A stretch of 64,000 nt of DNA from Rhizaria sp. SCN 62-66 (taxonomy: Eukaryota), in contig MEDY01000007.1 of the NCBI GenBank assembly GCA_001724265.1, positions 1 through 64,000 of the forward strand, written 5' to 3'. Positions 1 through 9,991 of the stretch are shown here, one piece after another. The translations under genes were made by a program, and so were the position numbers. The notes beneath the pieces were generated by a model. The model worked only from the letters and a program-made list of their open reading frames with translations, had not been told where the DNA came from and made no database searches. Every line of letters starts with the position of its first letter. Position 1 is the stretch's first letter.

Positions 1-93
1 TCTGTCCCCGTCACTGTTGAGAACGCCGGCCCTGCCAAGCGCGTCTTCAAGAAGCCCGGCCAGAAGTTCCAGAAGAAGACCACCACCGCGTAA
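1..93 (+). CDS. 3' end of an unidentified CDS (partial; ...SVPVTVENAGPAKRVFKKPGQKFQKKTTTA*)
   Basis: Frame 1 is open from the window edge to TAA at 91-93. Codon usage (AAG, GCC, GTC, ACC) resembles the kinase and NAC genes, and AT-richer sequence follows. Too short to identify. Confidence 0.65.
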   Translation, partial: SVPVTVENAGPAKRVFKKPGQKFQKKTTTA

Positions 94-546
94 ATGCGTT
101 GGTTGTCATCATCTGCCTCTTCCCACGGAGACTAGTAAACCAAACGAAAATACACCCCAAATTCAAGACGACCACCACACTACATTTTTATCGCTCTCGT
201 CGCCACTGATTTGCATCATCCCGTCGCAACGGAGCCACCATAATCATGCTGGTTCGCGTTTGCGCAGCGTTTAGCTGTTTGCGATTGTGGTGCCGACCAT
301 GTTGCGCGGGCCGAAGCTTAAACTGCATCTGCGAAACGTTGTTAGTTCGCCTCACCCTCGTGATTGGACTCTGAAAGTCAATTGTATAGATTTAATAGCA
401 ACTGCTTTATATCCCTTAAATTGCGTACACCATTCTGTATTCGTTTCGTTGCGCTGTACCTGTCGAGGATTGACCATGCGCCCCAGCCATTCTTCTAACC
501 GCTTCCCTTCCTTCCTGTCATCATTTTGCTCTTCATAGTTGAAGTA

Positions 547-1310
547 ATGTCTGCCAAGGTTCGTATATCTTAATCTAAAATCTTTATTCTACCGTAGATG
601 AAGCTTTAATCCATAAATCTTGTTAATTTTACGTCGAAATACCGTCTTTGTCCAAACCACTCATGCTCTCTTTTTTCATGTGCGTCAACTCACTCTCTGC
701 TACTCCACGTTCCTATGGCCTCACACAGGCTGAGGTTGTGTTCGTTCTCGGTGGCCCCGGTGCTGGCAAGGGCACCATGTGCAACAAGATTGTTGACACC
801 TTCAACTTTGTTCACCTGTCTGCCGGCGACCTCCTCCGCGCCGAGCAGGAGTCTGGTTCTGATAACGCCGCCCTCATCAACTCCTTCATCCGCGACGGCA
901 AGATCGTTCCTGTGGAGATCACCGTCATGCTCATCAAGAACGCTATGGAGCGCGCCATGGCGGCCGAGGAGCCCAAGTCCCGCTTCCTCGTCGACGGCTT
1001 CCCCCGCAACGAGGACAACCTCCAGGGCTGGACCAAGGTCATGGCTGGCTTCGCTGACGTCAAGTTCGTCCTATTCATGGACTGCGACGAGGAGACGATG
1101 GAGAAGCGCTGCCTGGGCCGCGCCGCGGAGCAGAACCGTTCCGACGACAACGTCGAGACGATTCGCAAGCGCTTCCACACGTACGTCGAGTCGACGCGCC
1201 CTATCATCGAGCTCTTCGCCAAGCAGAACCTGGTCAAGGAGATCGACGCGCGCCCCGAGCAGGATGTCGTCTACGCCGCCGTTAAGGCCGCCTTTGCCGA
1301 CTTTGCGTAA
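547..1310 (+). CDS. CMPK1: UMP-CMP kinase (adenylate kinase family), 2 exons
   Basis: Exons 547-558 (MSAK) and 729-1310; intron 559-728 GTTCGT...CACAG. Motifs VVFVLGGPGAGKGT (P-loop), HLSAGDLLRAE, GKIVP, LVDGFPRN, RSDDN..TIRKRF. Confidence 0.93.
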
Positions 1311-1864
1311 GCTCTTTGCGCACTGATTGCGTTTTGCGGATCGCGAATCACCGCGGATCGAAGTCTTATGGAAGTGCCTTAAGGATCGCGACGATGCTTT
1401 GCATGACGCGGTGCTGGACAGGCATGAACACGAGCAGTACGAATACTTCAACTAACCTCAACAAAACTACATGAAATACGAATGATACTATTAATAATCT
1501 CACAAGCTATGAAACAAAATTCCCAAACAACTCTGGTGTGTGTGGAGTTGTGTGGACGTTTCAGGTTGCACACACACACACATCAATACAATGCTATTTT
1601 TAGCAACGAATAATAGTTTTACGTTTGGTTGAGGAGCATGAAAATGAACACAAAATCAGATTCTAAAGTTTATTCACGATTGATACCAACAAATTCACAC
1701 TCATTGTCATGTCGCAGGACAATCATTACGTATGTTAATGCAAGTGCGAGGCTCACTTAGATCACATTAGACGATACAATTTGTTAAACACGTCTAGTTT
1801 CACAGATCTCGCTCTACCTTTTTAAGCAGACTTTCTCTCAATTGTTTTCTTTGCTGTTTGTCCC

Positions 1865-4800
1865 TTAAGACGAGCACGTCACGCAGATGTCCGCCGCCTC
1901 GGCCGGTGGCAGCTGCGCCAGCTTCCGGCGCCACTCACTCACGCGCTCGCTGAAGCGCGCCGCATCCCAGGCTGGCGCGCTCTGGCCGTCGCCACTGCCA
2001 TTCGCGGTGCTGCTGTAAAACGCGGTAAAGTCTGTGTGCGCGAGCCACGTGCGCTGGGCCTCGGCGTCCCGCTTCATCGCTGCCACCTCGTCCCCTGCCT
2101 CCGCGGCCCAGGCAGCGGCCAGGATGTCGTAGGGGTCCTCGAGCACAAAGGCCAGCGCGTGCACCGACAGGAAGTCGCCCCGCTCCGCGGCCTCGATCGC
2201 CTCCTGCGCGGCCCACGTGCGCAGCGTGAAGGCCGGGTTGTGCCCGCGCTGCGAGCGTCCGCGCGCGAAGGCGATGGCGCGCAGCAGCTGCCGCGCCGCC
2301 ACGGCCGCAGGCGCGCTCGCGGGCAGCACATCGGCCGCCGCCTCCACAGCAGCAGCGTTGCTCGCAAGCAAAGGCGCAAGCGCGAGGGCGTACACAGGAG
2401 AGCGGCTGCGCAGCTTCAGGTAGGCCGCCACCAGCCGCCTGTTGTCCGCGGAATCGGCCAAGAACGCCGCTGAGGCCTGCGCAGCAGCCCCCGGCAGCGC
2501 GCGCACCGCGTCCGCCGCGGCCGCAGGGCCCGCGAGCAGCGCCGTGGCGAGCGCGGCCTCGTCCTTGGCGAGGCGCTCACGGTAACTCTCGAGCCACGCG
2601 GCCCAGAGCTCCGCGTCGCGCTCCCGCTTCTCGGGCCCGGTCAAGTCCTCGGTCCGGTTGTACTCGCCCCACGCGGCCAGCGCGCGCCGCGCCGCCGCGC
2701 CGTGCCCGTGCAGCGCGGTGCGGAACTTGGGATGTTTGCGCACGAGCTGGTCAAACTCCTGCAGCCGCGAGTGCAGGTACGCCTCGCTGTCCTCGGGCCG
2801 CAGCCGGTCGCGTCGCGCGTTGTAGTGCGCCGCGTCCGCGCACAGACGCGCCAGCGCGGCGAGGTCCGCGTCCGCCGCGGGCGCAAGCGCACTGGGGGCC
2901 GTCGCAGCGGCCGTGCCGGCAGCGGGCTCGACAGCAACAGCAGCGCTGAGACTGCTGCTTGGGGCGCTCGCGTCCTTCCTGAGACTGCAGCTCGCGCCAG
3001 CGCCAGCGCCAGCGTCGGCGTTGTCCGCAACGACAGGGGCGGGGGCGGCGAACTCGGCCGCGGCCAGCGCCGCGGAGACAGCAGCGGGCGTCATGCTCGC
3101 GCCGGCCCCCGCCACGTCCGCGGTCCCAGCCTCGGTCTCCGCCTCAGCCTCTGCCTGGCGCAGCAGCGCGCGGTGCGCGTCCGAGACGACGCCGCCGAGA
3201 GCGCGCAGTGCCAGCGTGAAGTCGACGCACGTCTCGTGCATCGTGTACCACAGGCTGTTGGCCAGGCTCTGCGTCGCGCGCTCCTCGTCGCACGAGCACG
3301 TAAACGCGCCGCTGGCGCTGGCGCTGACAGCACTCGCGCCGGCGCCCGCGTCGCTGTTGCCGTCGGCGTTGGCAGGACCCGTGGCCGTGGCGAGCCCGAG
3401 CTTGCCGCGCCACACGTCCAAGAAGGCGCGGCGGTAGGCCTTCTGGAACACCCATGCGACGACGGCGGCGGCCGAGGCGTCGAGAATCGGGCCCGCGGAC
3501 ACTGCCGCAGCCGCCGAAGCGGGCGTGGCAGGCGCAGCAGCCGTGGCAGGCGCAACAGGCGTGGCCGCTGCAGCAGCACCGGCGCCGTCTTCGTCGTCGT
3601 CGCCGGTAACAGCGGGAGCGGCAGCAGGAGCAGGGGCGGCAGAGAGAAGGGCGCGCGCGCTGTCACTGAGAAGAGTGACGGGAAACGGCGTGATTGCAAA
3701 GGTCTCAGCCAGCTTCTCGCAGTTCCACTGGCAGATCTCGCTCTGCCCCTTCCAGTCATAGCGGCCCTCGTGGTCGCTGCCGTTGGGCGTGTGGTTCATG
3801 TTAAAGGCGTCCTGCCAGCCGTAGGGCCCGTAGTCAAGCGTGACGCCCAGCGCGGACATATTGTCCGTGTTGAGCACGCCGTGCGTGAAGCCCACCTTCT
3901 GCCACTGCGCCACCAGCGCCGCCGTGCGCGCCGTCACCTCGAGCAGCCACGCCAAGTACGCGCGCCGCAGCGAGCCCACGGTCACCGCGGAGGCGGCGCC
4001 GCGGGCAGTCGCAGTCGCGCCGTCGGAAGCGAGGTCGCCCGTGAGGTCGGCTGCTAGGTTGAACGCGACGAGCGTGTCAGGGTCCGCGGTGACCGCGAGC
4101 AGCGCGTCGCTAACGCCGTTGGAGGCCGCAGGAACGGCGTCCGAGGCGGGGAGCGGGGCCAGGGCCTTGGCGACCAGCGCAGCGAGCTCGGCGGCCGCGG
4201 CGGCGTCCGCGGCGGCTGCAGCGGCGTCGCCACCGCTGCCGCCGCTGTCGATGACACCGGCGCCGGTCGCGAGCACGGCGCTCACGGTCGCTTCGAACGC
4301 GCCGAGAGAGCCCGCGACAGCGCTGTCGCTCCCGTCGCCAACTGGCGCGGCCAGATGAGGGAAGTGATGCCTGAGCAGGTAGTTGAGCAGCGTCACCACG
4401 ACGGAGCCACCGTCGCGCGCGGCCAGCCGCTGCACCAGCGCGTGCTGGCGCTGCGCCGCGCTGCTCTGCGGAGCATCCAAGGCACCGGGCTCCAAGGCGC
4501 CGGGCTCTGAGGCGGGGCGCACGGGCGTTCCGTCCGCGCTGGGCCCGGCGCGGCCAGTGAGCGCGTCCTTGGGCTTGGCGAGCTCGAAGCTGCCGAAGCG
4601 GATAAACGACTGCGCAAAGCGGGTCAGCACGGCGCAGGGCTCCGCCACGACGTTGCCGCTGTACTGCGCGTCGCGGTAGGCCGCCGTCATGGGCTCGGCG
4701 CCCTCGGCGGAGACGACGAGCGCGGCGGCGCGTGTGGTGGGTACGCCCAGGAAGTGCATCGCCTCGGACGCCAAGAACTCGCGCAAGCTCGACCGCAGCA

Positions 4801-5395
4801 CCTTGCGCCCGTCGGCGTCGCGCGAGTACGGCGTCGGGCCCGCGCCCTTGAGCTGCAGCTCCCACCGCGCGAGCCCGGCGCCGCTGCCGACGAGGGCGGG
4901 CGCGGCGGCTTCGCGGTGAATCCGCGGCTCCTGCGGCAGCGCGGGCGCGAACACGGCAGCAAGCGGGTCTTTCGTCGCTGTTGCGTCTTTGCCGCAGTCG
5001 CCGGCCGCCTGCGAGTGCGCGCCCGCGGCGCCGTCGCGGGGCGCGGGCACGAGGATTTCACCCATGGTCATGGCGGCGCCGTCGCCGAGCTGGCCCGAGA
5101 AGGAGCCGAACTGGTGGCCGCAGTAGCAGTTGGCCGTCCACACGGCGCCGGGCACGGGCGCAGAGCCCGCCAGTTGCGCCGTGGCGCGTGGGGTGGCCAC
5201 GGCGCGTTCCGAGAGGCCCAGCACGCGCAACGCGGGGCCCGAGGCCGCCACCAGGCGCGGGTTCGCCAGCGGCGCGGGCGAGGCGAGCGAGAAGCAGGAG
5301 AAGGGCACAGAGCGGCGCGAGGCCGCCAGCGCCACGGGCGCGGGGTCGCGCGGGAGGCTGCGCAGCGCGCTGTTGTCAAACGGCAGCGCGTCCAT
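1865..5395 (-). CDS. SELENOO: Selenoprotein O / YdiU-family protein adenylyltransferase (AMPylase), Cys form, with long Ala-rich insertions
   Basis: Motifs YCGHQFGSFSGQLGDG, LKGAGPTPYSRDADGRKVLRSSLREFLASEAM, GFTHGVLNTDNMS and LDYGPYG; C-terminus CVTCSS*. Single 1176-aa ORF. Confidence 0.93.
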   Translation of the reverse strand: MDALPFDNSALRSLPRDPAPVALAASRRSVPFSCFSLASPAPLANPRLVAASGPALRVLGLSERAVATPRATAQLAGSAPVPGAVWTANCYCGHQFGSFSGQLGDGAAMTMGEILVPAPRDGAAGAHSQAAGDCGKDATATKDPLAAVFAPALPQEPRIHREAAAPALVGSGAGLARWELQLKGAGPTPYSRDADGRKVLRSSLREFLASEAMHFLGVPTTRAAALVVSAEGAEPMTAAYRDAQYSGNVVAEPCAVLTRFAQSFIRFGSFELAKPKDALTGRAGPSADGTPVRPASEPGALEPGALDAPQSSAAQRQHALVQRLAARDGGSVVVTLLNYLLRHHFPHLAAPVGDGSDSAVAGSLGAFEATVSAVLATGAGVIDSGGSGGDAAAAAADAAAAAELAALVAKALAPLPASDAVPAASNGVSDALLAVTADPDTLVAFNLAADLTGDLASDGATATARGAASAVTVGSLRRAYLAWLLEVTARTAALVAQWQKVGFTHGVLNTDNMSALGVTLDYGPYGWQDAFNMNHTPNGSDHEGRYDWKGQSEICQWNCEKLAETFAITPFPVTLLSDSARALLSAAPAPAAAPAVTGDDDEDGAGAAAAATPVAPATAAAPATPASAAAAVSAGPILDASAAAVVAWVFQKAYRRAFLDVWRGKLGLATATGPANADGNSDAGAGASAVSASASGAFTCSCDEERATQSLANSLWYTMHETCVDFTLALRALGGVVSDAHRALLRQAEAEAETEAGTADVAGAGASMTPAAVSAALAAAEFAAPAPVVADNADAGAGAGASCSLRKDASAPSSSLSAAVAVEPAAGTAAATAPSALAPAADADLAALARLCADAAHYNARRDRLRPEDSEAYLHSRLQEFDQLVRKHPKFRTALHGHGAAARRALAAWGEYNRTEDLTGPEKRERDAELWAAWLESYRERLAKDEAALATALLAGPAAAADAVRALPGAAAQASAAFLADSADNRRLVAAYLKLRSRSPVYALALAPLLASNAAAVEAAADVLPASAPAAVAARQLLRAIAFARGRSQRGHNPAFTLRTWAAQEAIEAAERGDFLSVHALAFVLEDPYDILAAAWAAEAGDEVAAMKRDAEAQRTWLAHTDFTAFYSSTANGSGDGQSAPAWDAARFSERVSEWRRKLAQLPPAEAADICVTCSS

Positions 5396-6663
5396 CGTCA
5401 GCTATAGCAGCTAGTGTTGTGCGGGCGCAGCTGACGCGGAGGAGGCAAGCGCGCGCGAGGAGTCGCGAAGGAGGAGGTGCGGGATGCGGGCTGTGGGAGC
5501 CGCAGAGAGCTTGTAAAGGCGAGCGAGGTATATGACGAACACGTGCGTTACTCCCGGTGATGGGGGCTAAGAATGGACGGTCAGCGTTCGGTATGAGAGA
5601 TCGCGTTCGGAGGATGCTATCGGAGATTAGGATCAGGGAGGAATATCGCACTGTTAAGTCAGCGTTTACTGGTCTTTTGAAGTGAATAACACATATCATA
5701 TCAATTTCACGCGGGTTTCTCACCCAGCAACGTGTTATCACAATGAATTGAGGAGTATATGCGACATATATCGCGCAAACAGCGATTGAGTCGCACAAAA
5801 GGATTCGGGAGGGACATAACGGCGCCTGAATTCTGGTATTAGCAGCGTGGTTGAGAGACAACGCAAAATATAAAGCACGTGGAAATGCACCCGTTAGGTT
5901 AGAAAAACAGATTAAAGGACAAACGACGATCAGTTGATCGCGTACTAGCATCGGATTGATCGACCACAAAAAAAAAGAAGATGAAAGGAAGGTGTGCACA
6001 GGGCCGAAAAAAGCTTGCATTCAGCAGCCACACCGGCCAAGTGTAATAATCCCGCGATAGCACAGCTGTTTACATTTAGAAGAAGATTTGCTCCTAAGAA
6101 TTACACAAATTGGCACCGTAAACACGTAGAGAACTTTGTTACGAATTAGTTTAAAGCGATTTCGAGCGAGGACAGAACGAGTTGTGTGAATTCGGGGTCT
6201 AAGGGGGAGGCGACACCCTTAGAGAGTTGGATAGGAGGTTGGGGCCCTTTCTTTGACCTTTTGTTTTACCTTTAGAAGTCGCTCTTGGGAATCAAAGATG
6301 TGTTCGTGGCGCTGGAACGAGTCTTTTGAGCTTGTGTTTCTTTTCTATCCTTCCAATTGGCGTCATTGTGAGGCGTAGGGCGCCTTTTTTCGCTGTGCCA
6401 ACCGGGTCGACGACGCCCCCTCGCGTCGTCGGCCTCTTTGGCGGCTCTTTACCTGGCGTATTATTGCACCAAAGTAAATTTCTGTTCGATGCCCGCTTGT
6501 GACACTTTCTTGACAACCTTAGCTCTACATGAAAATTGACACAAGCTTATTCAACACGCCTCTTCATCCTTTTGTCTCCTTCTCCCCACCCCCCTCACCC
6601 CCCCGCCCACCCTCGTCACCCTCTTGACACGTCTCTTTTTTCATCTTTCACAGTGTGTGTAGG

Positions 6664-7680
6664 ATGCGCCTTGTGCTCGCCTTCTTCTGCTTCGCCGCTG
6701 TTGCGTTCGCTGCCGCCGAGTCTACGACTGCTGAGGCCGAGCTCACTCCCAAGGAGCTCGCGACCATGTTCACGCAGTTCCTGACTAAGTTCAAGCGCAG
6801 CTACAGTGCGTCCACTTTCGCCAAGAAGCTCGCGACCTTCTCCGCCAACGTCAAGAAGACCGTGTCCCTCAACGCTGCGAAGCTCAAGGCTTCCTTCGGT
6901 GTCACCAAGTTCGCCGACCTCAGTACTACTGAGTTCAAGGCCTACATGGGTGCTCGCCCCCCGTCTGCCCGCTCCTTCATTGAGGCTGGCATGACCACCG
7001 ACGTCGAGGCAGAGGCCCTTACTGAGGCTACCATCGAGTCGTTCAGCACCGGCTTCGACTGGTCCTCCAAGAACCTCCTTAAGGACCCCCGCTACCAGGG
7101 TGGCTGCGGCTCCTGCTGGTCCTTCGCCACTGCCCGTGTGATTGAGGCCGCCTCCGCCATCAAGGGCGGCAGCAACGCCTACGTCTCCACCCAGGCCATG
7201 GTCGACTGCGCCAACGGCACCCCCTGCGGCGGCTGCAACGGTGGCTACATCACCTGCGCCACCGACTACTCCAAGACCACTGGCTACTTCTCCGAGACCG
7301 ACAAGCCCTACGCTTCCAAGAAGAACACCTGCGACGTCTCCAAGCTCACCCCCGCTGGCAAGGTCAAGTCCCTCAACATGGTCCGTGCCACCGACAACGA
7401 CTTCATCACCGGCATCAAGGCCTCCCCCCTCTTCGTCACCGTCGACGCCACCCCCCTCCAGCTCTACAAGGCTGGTATCATCACCGCTGCTGCCAACTGC
7501 TCCAGCACCATCAACCACGCTGTCGTCGCCACCGGCTTCGGCAACGCTGATGGCTCCAACTACTACAACATTGCCAACTCCTGGGGCAAGGATTGGGGAG
7601 AGGCTGGTCACTTCCGCATCTCTAGTGGCAACACCTGCGGTTTGTTTAGCTATCCCGGCTACTACGTTACCCTCGCGTAA
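6664..7680 (+). CDS. Papain-family (C1A) cysteine protease with signal peptide and I29-like propeptide; intronless
   Basis: Signal peptide MRLVLAFFCFAAVAFA; propeptide FGVTKFADLSTTEF; catalytic motifs QGGCGSCWSF, NHAV and NSWG. Confidence 0.93.
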   Translation: MRLVLAFFCFAAVAFAAAESTTAEAELTPKELATMFTQFLTKFKRSYSASTFAKKLATFSANVKKTVSLNAAKLKASFGVTKFADLSTTEFKAYMGARPPSARSFIEAGMTTDVEAEALTEATIESFSTGFDWSSKNLLKDPRYQGGCGSCWSFATARVIEAASAIKGGSNAYVSTQAMVDCANGTPCGGCNGGYITCATDYSKTTGYFSETDKPYASKKNTCDVSKLTPAGKVKSLNMVRATDNDFITGIKASPLFVTVDATPLQLYKAGIITAAANCSSTINHAVVATGFGNADGSNYYNIANSWGKDWGEAGHFRISSGNTCGLFSYPGYYVTLA

Positions 7681-8434
7681 GCGTGCAGCGTGACGATGTA
7701 GCAGCTGCCCACTGCACTTCTCTAATGGCGCGTTACAAACGTTGTAAACGCTTTTGATGTTGTTGCGAGTGGCTGTCGTGTACTGTGGCTGCGTTGAGCA
7801 GAAGACAACCCCCACATCATCCCTGTCTGCTGTGTGCTTTGCGTTGTGTGCATGTCACTTCTCGTCCCGCGCACAACGGCGCATGTAATCCGTGACATTG
7901 ATGGGCGATGCTGTTGATGATAAACAAGCATGAAACTTTGTGTTTTTGCGTGCTTTTTCACAAGAATACACAATTTAATTGCTCTCGAGTTTATACATTC
8001 AGCACTGTAGCATTACTATCACAGGTACCTACTTGTGTGCACTCCATTCAGTTCTCTTCTCTGTTTGATTGCCTCTCTTTCACTCGTTTGTACAGAAACA
8101 CATCGCACTGATTTTGTCCTCCAGATGTCTCGGCGTGTCTCTTTGCATGTCTCATCTATGTTCAGTTGTTGTGACCATATAACTCTCTCGAATGCGCTCA
8201 AAAACGCATGCGCTCCACCATAATTAGTGCTACATTCTATTTGATTGCGCACAGTATGGACGACTTTTCATTTGTCTGTTGGTTGGAGTCACATTGGCTG
8301 CTCTTTGCCTGAAGAAAGCTTCTTTCTCTTTCGCTTGTTGTTTGCCTTTGCTCGTTCGATTTTAAAGGAAAAATATTCGCTATACACATCAGTTGTATTT
8401 GCACAATGCACTCCATTTACTTGTTTGTTGTGGT

Positions 8435-8502
8435 ATGCGTCTACGAATGTTTTCATGCTGCACTATTGAAATGCGTCTAAGAATGTTTTCATGCTGATTG
8501 AA
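8435..8502. repeat. Imperfect tandem duplication (36 + 32 bp)
   Basis: ATGCGTCTACGAATGTTTTCATGCTGCACTATTGAA followed by ATGCGTCTAAGAATGTTTTCATGCTGATTGAA. Confidence 0.8.
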
Positions 8503-8992
8503 ATGATAATTCCTGATACGATTATAAGTTAGTAGAGTCACCAGTAATTGAAACGTCAAGTTGCAGCAGTTACCAAAAAGAGCATCTTCCCTTAGGTATC
8601 TTCCCTTGGCTGCAACAACCATGGAGCTGCGACATGTTAGAGCTGATGATTGATGAAAATTGAAACCGTCCAAGAGCGTGCGTATTTTTTTAGGCACTGC
8701 TCAAACACACTGGAAACACACATGCCGACACAACCTGCTACATCGCCCGATAATGTGTACACACTTGGACGGTTTCAAACACTCCGAGAAAAGTCGTGGG
8801 ATTGTATTTTCTGATGAACGTGCACGCAAAACACGAAATTTCCTGTTTATTGATCTGGTTCATCATCAATGTCGCGGACAACAACTACGTACACGTTGTG
8901 CGCGGCATCAATATTTATCTATGTATATAGTACGGTATATATAAGCTTACAACAGTGTATATTAATATTAATATGACATGAAGTGACAGAGA

Positions 8993-9184
8993 GTTGTCTT
9001 CTGCTCAACGCAGCCATAATACACGGCAGCCACTCGCAACAACATCAACAGCGTTTACAACGCGCCGTCAGAGAAGTTCAGTGGTGGGTAGATGCTACAT
9101 TGTCACGCGGCACGCATACGCAAGGGTAATGTAGTAGCCGGGCCAGCTAAACAAACCGCAGGTGTTGCCAATAGAGATGCGGAA
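8993..9184 (-). pseudogene. Inverted duplicate of the 3' end and 3'UTR of the protease at 6664-7680
   Basis: The minus strand reads FRISIGNTCGLFSWPGYYITLA versus FRISSGNTCGLFSYPGYYVTLA*. Similarity continues through the 3'UTR (matches 7612-7809). The original TAA is TAT in this copy. Confidence 0.85.
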
Positions 9185-9991
9185 CTGAACATAAACCAAT
9201 GTAACTGAGGAACGCAGACACTGAAGAGACACAGCAATTGTTACATTGATTGTCATTTGCAGTAAAGGCAAGCAAAGCGAAAGAGAAAGAAGTTTCATGC
9301 CCCGTATCAGTGCATACCAAATTTAATTGTGTATAGCGAGTATTTTCCGAACAGGATACCTGTATCATTCGAGAATGAAAGTATCTGTGTGCACATTGGT
9401 GGCGGCAAGGCGAACGAATCACGTCATGACACACAAAGAGGCTCGCTTGCAGGAACAAACACAGCACTGGTTTTGAGACCTGAGGTGTGTCCTTTCAAAT
9501 ATCGAACGAGAGTGTGCGTCTCAAGAGAGAACAGCTACAAATATATAGCAGTAATAATCATAGTAAGATGGATGTGTGATGATACATAATTATCAATAAA
9601 GCAAACAAAGGGAACGACGAAGCTGAAACAGCATAGTCGAAGTCAACAGAGCAGGCAAGCAGGCGTGCGTGATAAGTGTTGTGCTTTGTTCAAGTGAAAA
9701 CATGAGATAAAGAAGGCGATGAAAGATAGCCTTTGAAAACACACAAAGTTTACAATGTACTAACAAGACAAGCGTAGGTGTCATCTACGAGTAATACAAA
9801 AGACGTGTTCGACGGAAGGTCAGCGGCAGACTGAGTGATGAAAAACAAAACAAGAAGACAAACGAGGTGTCATCGCAAAAACAGCGCCATGGCGTCAGGA
9901 ACAAATCCATGTCGCAACAGGGCGTGACTGAGCGCAGCCATTACAACGCAGCCATCACACCGCAGCGCGCGCGGCGACTGTCCCGGTTTGT

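Noticed and set aside
648-728. N-terminal extensions in the ORF track (kinase 648, DOCK 31782, NACA 24344, GOT1 35801, CLASP-like 54659, PH 56465)
   Set aside because: They run through pyrimidine-rich intron or leader sequence; spliced or downstream-ATG models restore family-typical N-termini.
1450-1864. SECIS element downstream of SelO (likewise for the SelM-like gene)
   Set aside because: Both genes have TGC at the Sec position and end in TAA; no convincing SECIS was seen.
6371-6390. Hairpin plus T-run resembling a bacterial intrinsic terminator
   Set aside because: Eukaryotic locus, not downstream of a gene, and only a 5-bp stem.
8435-8502. Roughly 35-bp direct repeat as a possible CRISPR array
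   Set aside because: Only two adjacent copies, no spacers, no cas genes, eukaryotic context.
7810-8992. AT-rich segment between the inverted repeats as a transposon with terminal inverted repeats
   Set aside because: The arms are protease gene sequence; no transposase ORF or target-site duplication was seen.
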